From: Bacillota bacterium
Lineage (GTDB): Bacteria; Bacillota; Sulfobacillia; JAJZYS01; JAJZLH01
Direction of reading: 5' to 3'
Assembly (NCBI GenBank): GCA_021827745.1
Contig: JAKAUI010000058.1
Span: forward strand, 10,249-74,248
DNA length: 64,000 nucleotides
Below the pieces are notes generated by a model. It saw only the letters and a program-made list of their open reading frames with translations. It ran no database searches and was not told the DNA's origin. The translations under genes were made by a program, and so were the position numbers. Below are positions 9,539 through 18,211 of this stretch, in pieces; the stretch's first letter is position 1; each line of letters starts with the position of its first letter.

Positions 9539-11440
9539 CTACGGGACGGAGACCGTGACTCGCCCGACGGCGAAGTACGGGCTGAAGGGGCCGCAGCCGC
9601 AGAAGTTCTCCGGAGGGGCCACCGAAGCGCCGTCGCCACCTACGAGGCTGCCGTAGCCAAACCACAGGGTGTTGTTGGCCCCGGAGACCAACCAGCTTGC
9701 CTTGGCGATCGAGTTGGCCGGCAATCCTCGATGGAAGAGGGTGACCGTCCCCGACGGGGTAATTTGACCGATGGCGAGCGAGGCACTTGTGCCGACAGAG
9801 GTCTCGAACCACAGAGTTCCATTTGGCCCAGGTAGCAGCGGGCTCAGACTGGCGCCAGTCGGTAGACCGCTCGAATAGAGGGTAATCATGCCGGATGGAG
9901 TGATCTTGCCGACCGAGGGCTGGCCGGTGGGACTCGTCGTTTCGACGACGAACCACATGTCACCGCCCGGGCCCGGCACCAGGCCGCCGCCATACGCATG
10001 TGCAGGCAGGCCTTTGGTGAACACGCTGATCGTGCCTGATGGACTGATCTGCCCGATGCCCATGGACCCGTTGCATGGCCCAACCCCGGCGAACCAGCCA
10101 ATGCAGGCGACAAACCACATGTCTCCCTGAGAGCCGAAGACCAGATTGCCAGCGGGGCCGCCGGATGGCTGGCCGGATGGGTTCGTAGCCATGGGTATGC
10201 CCTTCGAGAAGAGGGTGATGGCCCCAGACGGGGTGATGCGGCCGATGGCGGACTGACCACTGTTAGTGCCGGCGGTGAACCACAGATCGCCCCTCGGGCC
10301 CGACACGAGGCGGCCCAGAGAAGCCCACCCACTCAATCCCTTTGTGAAGAAGGTGACAGATCCAGAGGGGTTGACCCGACCGATGGCCGACAAAGTCCCG
10401 GTCGTCGATCTCGCCGGTTGAACAGTAAACCATAGGTCTCCACCAGCACCTGGCAGCAGGTCAGACGTTACCGCTGCCGCAGCCAGGCTGGATGGGAACA
10501 GGGAGATCGTCCCGGATGGTGTGATCCGGCCAATGGGCCTGGTTCCGCTGGTACCGACGCGAAAGACTGTGAACCACAGGTCGCCGCCGGGACCCATCAC
10601 GAGACCTCTCGGATAGTCCCCAGCAGCCAGGCCCTTGGAGAATACGGAGATGTTTCCGGATGGGGTGATCCGGCCGACGGCACCACCCGCGCCATAGCCA
10701 GAAAGATCGATCGTGAACCATAGGTCGCCGCCGGGTCCTACAACCAGATCCGACAGGGTGGCCGCTGCAGGCAGGCCCTTCGAGAAGACCGAGGTGGTCC
10801 CGGAGGGCGTAACCCGGCCCACGCCCGACGGGGAGCCGTTCGTAGATCCCGCCGGCTGGATCAGAAACCACATGTCGCCGTTCGAGAACTGCACCAGCGC
10901 AGGGTGCGACCCTGGGAGAGGCTCCCACATTCCATAGGCGGCCGGCAGGCAGGAGAGACTGATCGAAACGGTCTCCGCCGGGCTGACAGGTCGGGTTACA
11001 CCAGGCGTCAAGGAGTGGCAGCTGGGTGAGGCGGCGAGCGTCGGTGCGACCACCGTAACCAGGTCCGGTGCGGAGATGGCCACCACCTTGCCGTTCGTGA
11101 CCAGTTCGGCCCTGAACTGATAAGAACCAGGACCAAGGCCGAGGCGCACCGAGTTGGAGGTCGCCATGCCCCACAACTTCCCATTCTCGTACAGCCGGAT
11201 CTGACCGCTGCTCGGTTGGGCAGCGGTGGCAAAGTTGACCAGGGTGAAGTGGGAGATCGAGAAGTGGATGGTGACCGTCGCGGACACTTGAGCGGACGCA
11301 AGATTCAGGCTGGACCCGTTCGTCGGGGAGACGATCCTGATCGAAGGCTTGGCGGTTGGTGTCGCAGGCGCACCACAACCGGCGGCAGCCAGCAGAAGGC
11401 AGGGCACCAGGAGCAGGCGGAAGGGGGACCTGCCGTGCAT
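9539..11440 (-). CDS. Ig-like + Vgb-like beta-propeller lipoprotein, copy F (9 repeats)
   Basis: Start moved to MHGRSPF (RBS GGAGGAGG); lipobox AAAGC; nine WF repeats. Confidence 0.88.
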   Translation of the reverse strand: MHGRSPFRLLLVPCLLLAAAGCGAPATPTAKPSIRIVSPTNGSSLNLASAQVSATVTIHFSISHFTLVNFATAAQPSSGQIRLYENGKLWGMATSNSVRLGLGPGSYQFRAELVTNGKVVAISAPDLVTVVAPTLAASPSCHSLTPGVTRPVSPAETVSISLSCLPAAYGMWEPLPGSHPALVQFSNGDMWFLIQPAGSTNGSPSGVGRVTPSGTTSVFSKGLPAAATLSDLVVGPGGDLWFTIDLSGYGAGGAVGRITPSGNISVFSKGLAAGDYPRGLVMGPGGDLWFTVFRVGTSGTRPIGRITPSGTISLFPSSLAAAAVTSDLLPGAGGDLWFTVQPARSTTGTLSAIGRVNPSGSVTFFTKGLSGWASLGRLVSGPRGDLWFTAGTNSGQSAIGRITPSGAITLFSKGIPMATNPSGQPSGGPAGNLVFGSQGDMWFVACIGWFAGVGPCNGSMGIGQISPSGTISVFTKGLPAHAYGGGLVPGPGGDMWFVVETTSPTGQPSVGKITPSGMITLYSSGLPTGASLSPLLPGPNGTLWFETSVGTSASLAIGQITPSGTVTLFHRGLPANSIAKASWLVSGANNTLWFGYGSLVGGDGASVAPPENFCGCGPFSPYFAVGRVTVSVP

Positions 11441-11490
11441 TTTGGACTTTCCTCCTCCGAAATGAGGCCACAGGCGATTGCTATGACTGA

Positions 11491-11518
11491 AGAGTCCCCG
11501 GGTTCGGCAAAGGGTTCC
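11491..11518 (-). promoter_or_regulatory. Putative ECF-sigma promoter of copy F (GGAACC-N16-GACTCT)
   Basis: Conserved bipartite motif, exact 16-nt spacer. Confidence 0.65.
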
Positions 11519-11685
11519 TGCCGACGCTCTAGCGTGCCCCGCGTAGCCAGCCATCTCGGCAGGCTCGGTCGGCAGCATGCGGTCCCGAAATCGTTGGCCA
11601 GCCTTTGGGCGCCTGTGGGCTCGGACTGCTGCCTTAGCCGCGTTCCCAATGCTACCTCGCTACCTCCTGGACCCCAGGCAGACAT

Positions 11686-13089
11686 CTAGGGAACAGCGGT
11701 GGCGTTGAGCGTTAGGCTGAGCCGTCCGATGAAGCTGGCGCCATTGGAGCGACTGCCCACGAACCACACAGCGCCCCTGAAACCAAGGAGAGGGCGATCA
11801 CGAGAGCTCAAGGTATAGCCAGAGGGCAGACCCCAAGTGAGCACGCTGCTCGTGCCAGATGGGGTGATCTGGTCGATGGAGATCGTGTTGTTGGTGCCCA
11901 GACCATAGAGCCACATCTTGCCGTCTGGGCCCGGGCTGGGACCGCCCGGTAGAGTGGTTCCCCCTGGCATGCTGAACATGCGGATTGCGCCAGACGGAGC
12001 GATCTTGCCGACGAAAGAACCAGAGTTGGCGTTCCCGCTGAACCACATATCGCCGCTCGGACCGGGGGCAAGAGAGTTGGTCCACATATTGACGGGCAGG
12101 TCCTTCGTGAATACCTGGACGACTCCGGACGGACTGACCTTGCCGATGCCTCCCAGATAGCCGAACCACATATCACCGACCTTGCCGGGGACGAGGGGAT
12201 TGATCCACATATTGGCGGGCAGGCCCTTCGTGAATACCTGGACGACTCCGGACGGACTGACCTTGCCGACGTCTCCCTGAGAGTCGAACCACATGTTGCC
12301 CCCAGATCCCGCTGTCAGGGACAACACGTACCTGTTGAACATAGTGACGGTTCCCGACGGGGTGATCATGCCGAAGCCAGCGTACCCCGGCCCATAGCCC
12401 GCGTTGGGGATGGTGGTGAACCACATGTCGGCGCCAGAGCCTGATTTCAGGAACACAACGCCTGACTTGGGCAGTCCCTTGGTGAACACCGTGACGACTC
12501 CGGCTGGATTGACCGTGCCAACGAATGGTCGAGAGCTGGCAGATCCGGAAAACCACATATCGCCGCTACCGCTAAGGGCGAGACTGCCAATTCGGGTGCT
12601 CGGAGGCAGGCAGGTGAGGCGAATGGACGCCGTGTTCGGCGGTTGCGTGTTGGCCACTGCCGCAGAGGGTGTCCCGCATCCAACGGTCGACAAGATGGTG
12701 GTCGGGACCAAGGCGTTGACGACCGAGACGGCGGAGGGCGCCGAGGTAGCCACGACCTTGCCGCTCTTGACCAAGGTTGCCTTAAAGAGATAGGTGCCTG
12801 GCACCAGGCTGAGGCTGATCGAGTTGGATACCAGCACGTCCCACAGCTTCCCGTTCTCATACAGCTGGATCTGGTCGCTGCCTCCCAGGGTGAAGTGGGA
12901 GACAGCCAAGCGGACCGTGACATTGATCGGCCCCGCCACTCGGGGGTTCATCCGCAGGGTGGACTCGGTGGCGGGCGAGACGATGCGGACCTCAGGCTTC
13001 ACAGCTGGTGTCGCAGGCGCACCACAGCCCGACACAGCAAGCAGCAGGCAGGGCACCAGGAGGAGGCGGAGGAGAAATCTACGGTGCAT
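11686..13089 (-). CDS. Ig-like + Vgb-like beta-propeller lipoprotein, copy G (7 repeats)
   Basis: 467 aa ORF, RBS GGAGGAGG, lipobox AVSGC, close relative of copy H with fewer repeats. Confidence 0.88.
   Translation of the reverse strand: MHRRFLLRLLLVPCLLLAVSGCGAPATPAVKPEVRIVSPATESTLRMNPRVAGPINVTVRLAVSHFTLGGSDQIQLYENGKLWDVLVSNSISLSLVPGTYLFKATLVKSGKVVATSAPSAVSVVNALVPTTILSTVGCGTPSAAVANTQPPNTASIRLTCLPPSTRIGSLALSGSGDMWFSGSASSRPFVGTVNPAGVVTVFTKGLPKSGVVFLKSGSGADMWFTTIPNAGYGPGYAGFGMITPSGTVTMFNRYVLSLTAGSGGNMWFDSQGDVGKVSPSGVVQVFTKGLPANMWINPLVPGKVGDMWFGYLGGIGKVSPSGVVQVFTKDLPVNMWTNSLAPGPSGDMWFSGNANSGSFVGKIAPSGAIRMFSMPGGTTLPGGPSPGPDGKMWLYGLGTNNTISIDQITPSGTSSVLTWGLPSGYTLSSRDRPLLGFRGAVWFVGSRSNGASFIGRLSLTLNATAVP
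12081..12296. repeat. Tandem duplication of one propeller repeat (123-bp period) inside copy G
   Basis: 12081-12173 and 12204-12296 are near-identical (GKVSPSGVVQVFTK.LP.NMW twice). Confidence 0.8.
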
Positions 13090-13137
13090 TTTGAACCTTC
13101 CTCCTCCGAATCAGCCCACAGGCGACGCCCTCACTGA

Positions 13138-13165
13138 AGAGTCCCCAGGTTCGGCAAGAGGTTCC
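13138..13165 (-). promoter_or_regulatory. Putative ECF-sigma promoter of copy G (GGAACC-N16-GACTCT)
   Basis: Conserved bipartite motif, exact 16-nt spacer. Confidence 0.65.
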
Positions 13166-13316
13166 TGCCGACGCTCTATCGTGCCCTGCGGGGTCAGCCA
13201 TCCCGGCAGACTCGGTCGGCGGCAGGCGGTCCCGAAACAGCTGACCAGCCCTTGGTCGACTGTGGGCTCGGGCTGCTTGGGCTCTTGATGCTACCTCCTG
13301 GACCCCAGGCAGACAT

Positions 13317-15047
13317 CTAGGGAACAGCGGCGGCCTTCCCCGCCAGACTAAGCTGGCCGATGAACCTGGTGCCGTTGGAGCGACGGCCGGAGAACCACAA
13401 ATCGCCTCTCAAACCGCTTACGAGCGGATCGGATGAGCTAAAGGTGTCGCCTGCGGGCAGGCCCCAGGTGAGCACCGTGCTCGTGCCAGCCGGTGTGATC
13501 TGGTCGATGAAGAGGGTGTCGTTCTGGCCGAGGCCATAGAGCCACATGCTACCGTCTGGGCCCGGGATGGGACCGCCCGGTAGAGTACCTCCCCCAGACA
13601 GCCCCTTGGCCAGAACGCTGACCGTACCAGATGGGGCGATCTTGCCGACGAAAGAGCCAGAGTTGGCGTTCCCGGTGAACCACATATCACCGCGCGGACC
13701 GGGGACCAGAGGATTGGTCCACATATTGGCGGTCAGGTCCTTCGTGAATACCTGGACGACTCCGGACGGACTGACCTTGCCGATGCCTCCCAGAGAGCCG
13801 AACCACATAGCGCCGCCAGATCCCGCTGTCAGGGACAACACGTACCTCGTGACCGTGGTGACCGTTCCCGACGGGGTGATCATGCCAAAGCCGGAAAACC
13901 CCGGGCCGTATCCGTCGTTGGGGCTGGTGGTGAACCACATGTCGGCGCCAGAGCCTGATTTCAGGATCACAGCGCCCGACTTGGGCAGTCCCCTGGTGAA
14001 CACCGTGACGACTCCGGCTGGACTGACCGTGCCGACGAATGGGCGAGAGCTGACGGATCCGGAAAACCACATATCGCCACCCGGACCAGGGATGGGACTG
14101 CTCGACAGATAGCTCCCGGTCGACACATAGCTCCCGGCCGGCAGGTCCGTGGTGAACAGGGTGATCGTGCCGGAAGGGGTGATCTTGCCGATGAAGCCTG
14201 AGCCGGAGAACCACATGTCGCCGCCAGCGCCAAGGACGAGACTGTTAATTGTGGCGCTCGGAGGCAGGCCTTTGGTGAACACGCTGATCGTACCGGATGG
14301 ACTGACCTTGCCGATGGCTCCTGGACAAGCGAACCACATGCCTCCCGGGCCAGGGGTCAGAGAGTTCAAGCAGCTGGATCTATTCCCGCTCGGCCGGAGA
14401 GCGGCTTCCGGGAGACCCTGAGAGAACAGGGAGAAGGCCCCAGACGGGGTGATCCGACCGACTCCCAGCGGTGAGCCGGCTGCCGATCCGACCACAAACC
14501 ACAGGTTTCCGGATGAATCAGACTCAGCGGCGAAGCCCCCTTGATACATCGAGTCAGTGTTTGGCAGACAGGTGAGGCGGATAGACGCCGAGTTTCGCGG
14601 TTGCGTGTTGGCCGCTGCCGCAGCGGCTGCCCCGCATCCAACGGTCGACAAGATGGTGGTCGGGACCAAGGCGTTGACGACAGAGACCGCGGATGGCACC
14701 GAGGTGGCCACGACCTTGCCGCTCTTGACCAAGGTTGCCGTGAACAGATAGGTGCCCGGCACCAGGCTGAGGCTGATAGAGTTGGAGAAGAGTGTGTCCC
14801 AGAGCTTGCCGTTCTCGTACAGCCGGAGCTGGTCGCTGCCTCCCAGGGTGAAGTGGGAGACAGTCAGGCGGATCGTGACATTGATCGGCCCCGCCACTCG
14901 GGGGTTCATCCGCAGGTTGGACCCGGTGGCGGGCGCGACGATACGGACCGAAGGCTTTACAGCTGGTGTCGCAGGCGCACCACAGCCCGACACAGCAAGC
15001 AGCAGGCAGGGCACCAGGAGGAGGCGGAAGAGGGACCTACCGTGCAT
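13317..15047 (-). CDS. Ig-like + Vgb-like beta-propeller lipoprotein, copy H (9 repeats)
   Basis: Start moved to MHGRSLF (RBS GGAGGAGG); lipobox AVSGC; nine repeats. Confidence 0.88.
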   Translation of the reverse strand: MHGRSLFRLLLVPCLLLAVSGCGAPATPAVKPSVRIVAPATGSNLRMNPRVAGPINVTIRLTVSHFTLGGSDQLRLYENGKLWDTLFSNSISLSLVPGTYLFTATLVKSGKVVATSVPSAVSVVNALVPTTILSTVGCGAAAAAAANTQPRNSASIRLTCLPNTDSMYQGGFAAESDSSGNLWFVVGSAAGSPLGVGRITPSGAFSLFSQGLPEAALRPSGNRSSCLNSLTPGPGGMWFACPGAIGKVSPSGTISVFTKGLPPSATINSLVLGAGGDMWFSGSGFIGKITPSGTITLFTTDLPAGSYVSTGSYLSSSPIPGPGGDMWFSGSVSSRPFVGTVSPAGVVTVFTRGLPKSGAVILKSGSGADMWFTTSPNDGYGPGFSGFGMITPSGTVTTVTRYVLSLTAGSGGAMWFGSLGGIGKVSPSGVVQVFTKDLTANMWTNPLVPGPRGDMWFTGNANSGSFVGKIAPSGTVSVLAKGLSGGGTLPGGPIPGPDGSMWLYGLGQNDTLFIDQITPAGTSTVLTWGLPAGDTFSSSDPLVSGLRGDLWFSGRRSNGTRFIGQLSLAGKAAAVP

Positions 15048-15095
15048 CCGGACCCTCCTCCCCCGAACGAGCGCAGATGCCGCAACCAAGAGTTA

Positions 15096-15123
15096 GGAGT
15101 CTTCGCCCCAGGGAAATGGTTCC
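15096..15123 (-). promoter_or_regulatory. Putative ECF-sigma promoter of copy H (GGAACC-N16-GACTCC)
   Basis: Conserved bipartite motif, exact 16-nt spacer. Confidence 0.62.
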
Positions 15124-15292
15124 CGGAGGCGTCGTGATGTCCTTGCCGAGCTCAATCGGATAGGGCTGCCGGCAACATCCAGACTCCAGCGATTGCGAAG
15201 CGCCCGTCTGCTGCCGAGACTCCGAGGCCTAAGGCGCCGGGCGCGCCGAAGATGACCGGCAGGATGTCGGCCGACTTGATGCGGGGTGTGGT

Positions 15293-16438
15293 CTAAAGTC
15301 CGAAGCGGATCGTCGACAAGATGGGCGGCGGCGGGGCGTCCTGGCGTATGATCGCCTCCACCAGGTCACCGATCACCGGTGCGAACTTGAAGCCGTGACC
15401 GGAGAAGCCAGCTGCCAGAACCACCTGGGGCAAGGCCTTCAGCCGGCCGATCAGGAAGTTGCGGTCCGGGGTGTTGGTGTAGCAGCTCACGCTGCTCGCA
15501 GCGATCGAGGAGCCGAGAGCTGGTAGGAAGGTGGATGTGGCGCCGACGACCACCTGCCGGTCTTGGTCCGAGACCGCGCGGTCGAGTTCGTTCATGGTGG
15601 TGGTGACGCCGTGGTGGTGGCGGGCCGCCTTCGCCCATTTCCCATCGACGGCCGGGATGCCGTAAAATATCTGGTCGTCGTCGCTCTCGTGCATCCAGAT
15701 CGGCAGCCGCTCAGGCTGAAACAATGAGGGGTCTGGCGGTGCGAACCAGTGCTGCACTTGGCGCTCGACGGCGAGGGGAAGTCCAAGGTCTGGCAGGAGC
15801 TCGCTGGCCCAGCCGCCGGCGGCCACCACCACCTGCTCAAAGTCGCGAGATCCCTGGGCCGTGTGCACCCGGACGTGGTCGCTTGCCGCCTCCAGGCGCA
15901 GCACCTGGTCGTGGACGAGCGTCAGCGGGTGTGAGGTGTGGCGCGCTGCCTGGACCAAGGTTGTGACAGAGGTCTCGCAGGCGAGGACTCCGGCCTGGTG
16001 TTCGTAGATGCCGACCACATCGGTCGGGAGCCGAAACTGCGGGAAACGCTCTTCGATCTCTTGCGCCGACAGCTCCTGATGGCGCAACTCGTGGCGCTGC
16101 ACGCTGGTGAGCGTGCCAGCGATCAGTTCACCATCTGGGCGGCCGATCATCAGCCCGCCGGTCTGGGTCAGAAGAGAGCGGCCGGAGACCCGCTCCAGCT
16201 CCTGCCATCTGCCCCAGCTGCGCCGGATCAGAGGCACGTAGTCCGGGTGTTCGTAGTAGGCCTGACGGATGATGCGGGTCACACCCTGCGAGGAGCCGAA
16301 CTGATGCCCGGGCATCAGGCGCTCATAGCCCACTACGGCCTGCCCGCCCGCACCAAGCCGCCAGCAGATGGCGGCTCCCATCACACCGAGACCGACCACG
16401 CCGACCTCGTCCACGGACCATCCGACTCCTTGGGCCAC
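15293..16438 (-). CDS. solA: N-methyl-L-tryptophan oxidase / monomeric sarcosine oxidase family FAD oxidoreductase
   Basis: VVGLGVMG FAD motif, GSSQGVTRIIRQAY, CYTNTPD (flavinylated Cys), GFSGHGFKFAP; alternative start GTG 16414. Confidence 0.85.
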   Translation of the reverse strand: MAQGVGWSVDEVGVVGLGVMGAAICWRLGAGGQAVVGYERLMPGHQFGSSQGVTRIIRQAYYEHPDYVPLIRRSWGRWQELERVSGRSLLTQTGGLMIGRPDGELIAGTLTSVQRHELRHQELSAQEIEERFPQFRLPTDVVGIYEHQAGVLACETSVTTLVQAARHTSHPLTLVHDQVLRLEAASDHVRVHTAQGSRDFEQVVVAAGGWASELLPDLGLPLAVERQVQHWFAPPDPSLFQPERLPIWMHESDDDQIFYGIPAVDGKWAKAARHHHGVTTTMNELDRAVSDQDRQVVVGATSTFLPALGSSIAASSVSCYTNTPDRNFLIGRLKALPQVVLAAGFSGHGFKFAPVIGDLVEAIIRQDAPPPPILSTIRFGL

Positions 16439-16476
16439 CTACCGTTAACGCTAGCACAAATACTGGCCCAAGTCGC

Positions 16477-17928
16477 CTAAGGTGCAGAGGCTGCAGCCGT
16501 TGGCGCCTGGCGGATGGTTGCGGCGACGGTCCGAAACTGCGAAAGTGCTGCCTTCACGACCGGCTGGTCGAGGGGCAGCGCAGGTCCGAAGGCGCCGCTC
16601 CGGTAGCCGCGAAAGAGGCCGAGCTTTGCCGCTGCGTTCACGTAGCCGAGCGCCCAGGCCGGGATCTGCCTGCTGTCCGTGAACTTGGAGCGATTCAGGT
16701 AGAGGGCGTCGGCCAATGCCGTCTGGCCAAGGGCCATCACCTCCATCTTGGCGGCCTCCGCGCGGGTGATCAGGTTGTTTGGGTCCATCAGGCCAGGTGC
16801 CACACCCTTCAGCCAGCCTGCCTGGTAGGCGGCCTCCACATAGCCGTAGTCGGGGCTGGTTGGCGGCAGGTCCGAGAAGGTGGGCGTAGCCGGCGAGATC
16901 GGTGCCAGGTTCAGGGCCTGGGCCAGCGAGGAGACGAAGGCCGCCCGGGTGGCGAGCGGATAAACCTGGCCCGCCGCCGTGAAGCCGGCATTGATCAGGG
17001 CTTCGGCGTTTTGGTAGAGGGCGGCGTAGGAAGACGCCCGATCGAGCGTCCCGACCACCGTCACCGGCTGGCCGCCGATTTGCTCTTCGCCGGCGAAGAC
17101 CATGGTGTGGCCGGCGGCAGTCGTCCAGCCGGTCTTGATGCCGATCGCCGCCGGATCGAGCATGAGCAGCCGGTCGATGTTCGGAACAGTCCCCACGTAG
17201 GGGAGCGTGATCGAGGCCTGGGCCACGATCTGCCGGAAGGTGGGGATGTTGAGCGCCCGGGTGGCGAGCAGGGTCATGTTCTCAGGGCTGACCCGATCCT
17301 GCGCGCTCAGACCGGAGGGGTCTACAAAGTTCGTCTCGGTCAGGCCAAGGTTGCGGGCCGTCTCGTTCATCAGCCGGACGAAGCCGGCAATACCGCCTGG
17401 AGCCTGGGCCGCCAACATGGTCGCCGTGTTGTCGTAGCTGCGGACCAAGAGCGCGTTCAATAGCTGCAGGTTGGTGAAGCGCTCTCCGACCCGCACCGGC
17501 ATCATCCAGTCGTCGGCCCGCAGCCCGGCCCGGTACTGGGCGACGTCTTGGGGCGTGATCACGATCGAGCGGCTGAGTGAGATGACGTGGCTGGACAAGA
17601 TCACGTAGGCGGTCATGATCTTGGCGGTGGAGGCGGTGGCCACAGGCGTGAAGGCGCGCTGGCCGCCGACCACGGTGCCGTTGACCGCGACCGACCAGTT
17701 GGGAACGCTAACCGCTGGCGGAGTGAAGGCGGATGCGGGAAAGACGAAGCCGCCGGATGCTCCGGCGGCGGCGGGGCCGGTCAGGCAGAAGCCGACCAGG
17801 GCCAGGAGCGAAGCCGAAGAGACGATGAGACGACGCCCGATCGAGTTCGCCCGCGCCAAACCGGCGGAAGGTCCACTCCCCGAAGGCGTCCGATGCCTGC
17901 CACCCCAAGCCAAAGGACTGCGGATCAC
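16477..17928 (-). CDS. D-alanyl-D-alanine carboxypeptidase (peptidase S11) with C-terminal SLH domains
   Basis: ASTAK (SxxK), TNFVDPSGL, IKTG; SLH motifs FSDLP...ITRAEAA and FTD...IPAWA; signal-like hydrophobic stretch; start uncertain. Confidence 0.82.
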   Translation of the reverse strand: MIRSPLAWGGRHRTPSGSGPSAGLARANSIGRRLIVSSASLLALVGFCLTGPAAAGASGGFVFPASAFTPPAVSVPNWSVAVNGTVVGGQRAFTPVATASTAKIMTAYVILSSHVISLSRSIVITPQDVAQYRAGLRADDWMMPVRVGERFTNLQLLNALLVRSYDNTATMLAAQAPGGIAGFVRLMNETARNLGLTETNFVDPSGLSAQDRVSPENMTLLATRALNIPTFRQIVAQASITLPYVGTVPNIDRLLMLDPAAIGIKTGWTTAAGHTMVFAGEEQIGGQPVTVVGTLDRASSYAALYQNAEALINAGFTAAGQVYPLATRAAFVSSLAQALNLAPISPATPTFSDLPPTSPDYGYVEAAYQAGWLKGVAPGLMDPNNLITRAEAAKMEVMALGQTALADALYLNRSKFTDSRQIPAWALGYVNAAAKLGLFRGYRSGAFGPALPLDQPVVKAALSQFRTVAATIRQAPTAAASAP

Positions 17929-18166
17929 CGACGCTACACCATCCTTCTGCGTAACAGCAGAGTAGACGATGAAATGAGTGTGCGCAAGACCTAAGAGCGG
18001 TTGACTTTTTCCCAATAACGGTAAACTCAAGCCAGACGCAGGCGGGAGGAAATCATCGAGAGATAGCGGCCCAGCGCCGCCTCGTTTCAGCACGATGGTG
18101 GCCTGCGGGAATGGGGCAGGGCCTGTCGCACGACCGGCGCCCGAGGGTGTTTCGCCAAGTCTTCAA

Positions 18167-18175
18167 TGCTATACT
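18167..18175 (+). promoter_or_regulatory. Extended -10 promoter of trpS (TGcTATACT)
   Basis: TGnTATACT 36 nt upstream of the GTG start. Confidence 0.5.
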
Positions 18176-18211
18176 GAGGGCCACGTCTGGGGGATTGTGG
18201 GAGGGCGGCAG

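Noticed and set aside
1-15047. Calling the array genes virginiamycin B lyase (vgb) resistance genes
   Set aside because: Only the repeat scaffold is shared. These have lipoprotein signals, an Ig-like domain, mostly 9 repeats and lack the WFTE-type glutamates.
1-15123. CRISPR array or riboswitches in the repetitive region
   Set aside because: The repeats are in-frame protein repeats. The conserved intergenic parts are short, fit promoter plus RBS, and match no riboswitch motif I recognise.
16-15163. Many plus-strand and alternate-frame ORFs across the array (e.g. 1585-2439, 7772-8392)
   Set aside because: Antisense shadows of the repeat proteins in high-GC DNA; no RBS or independent motifs.
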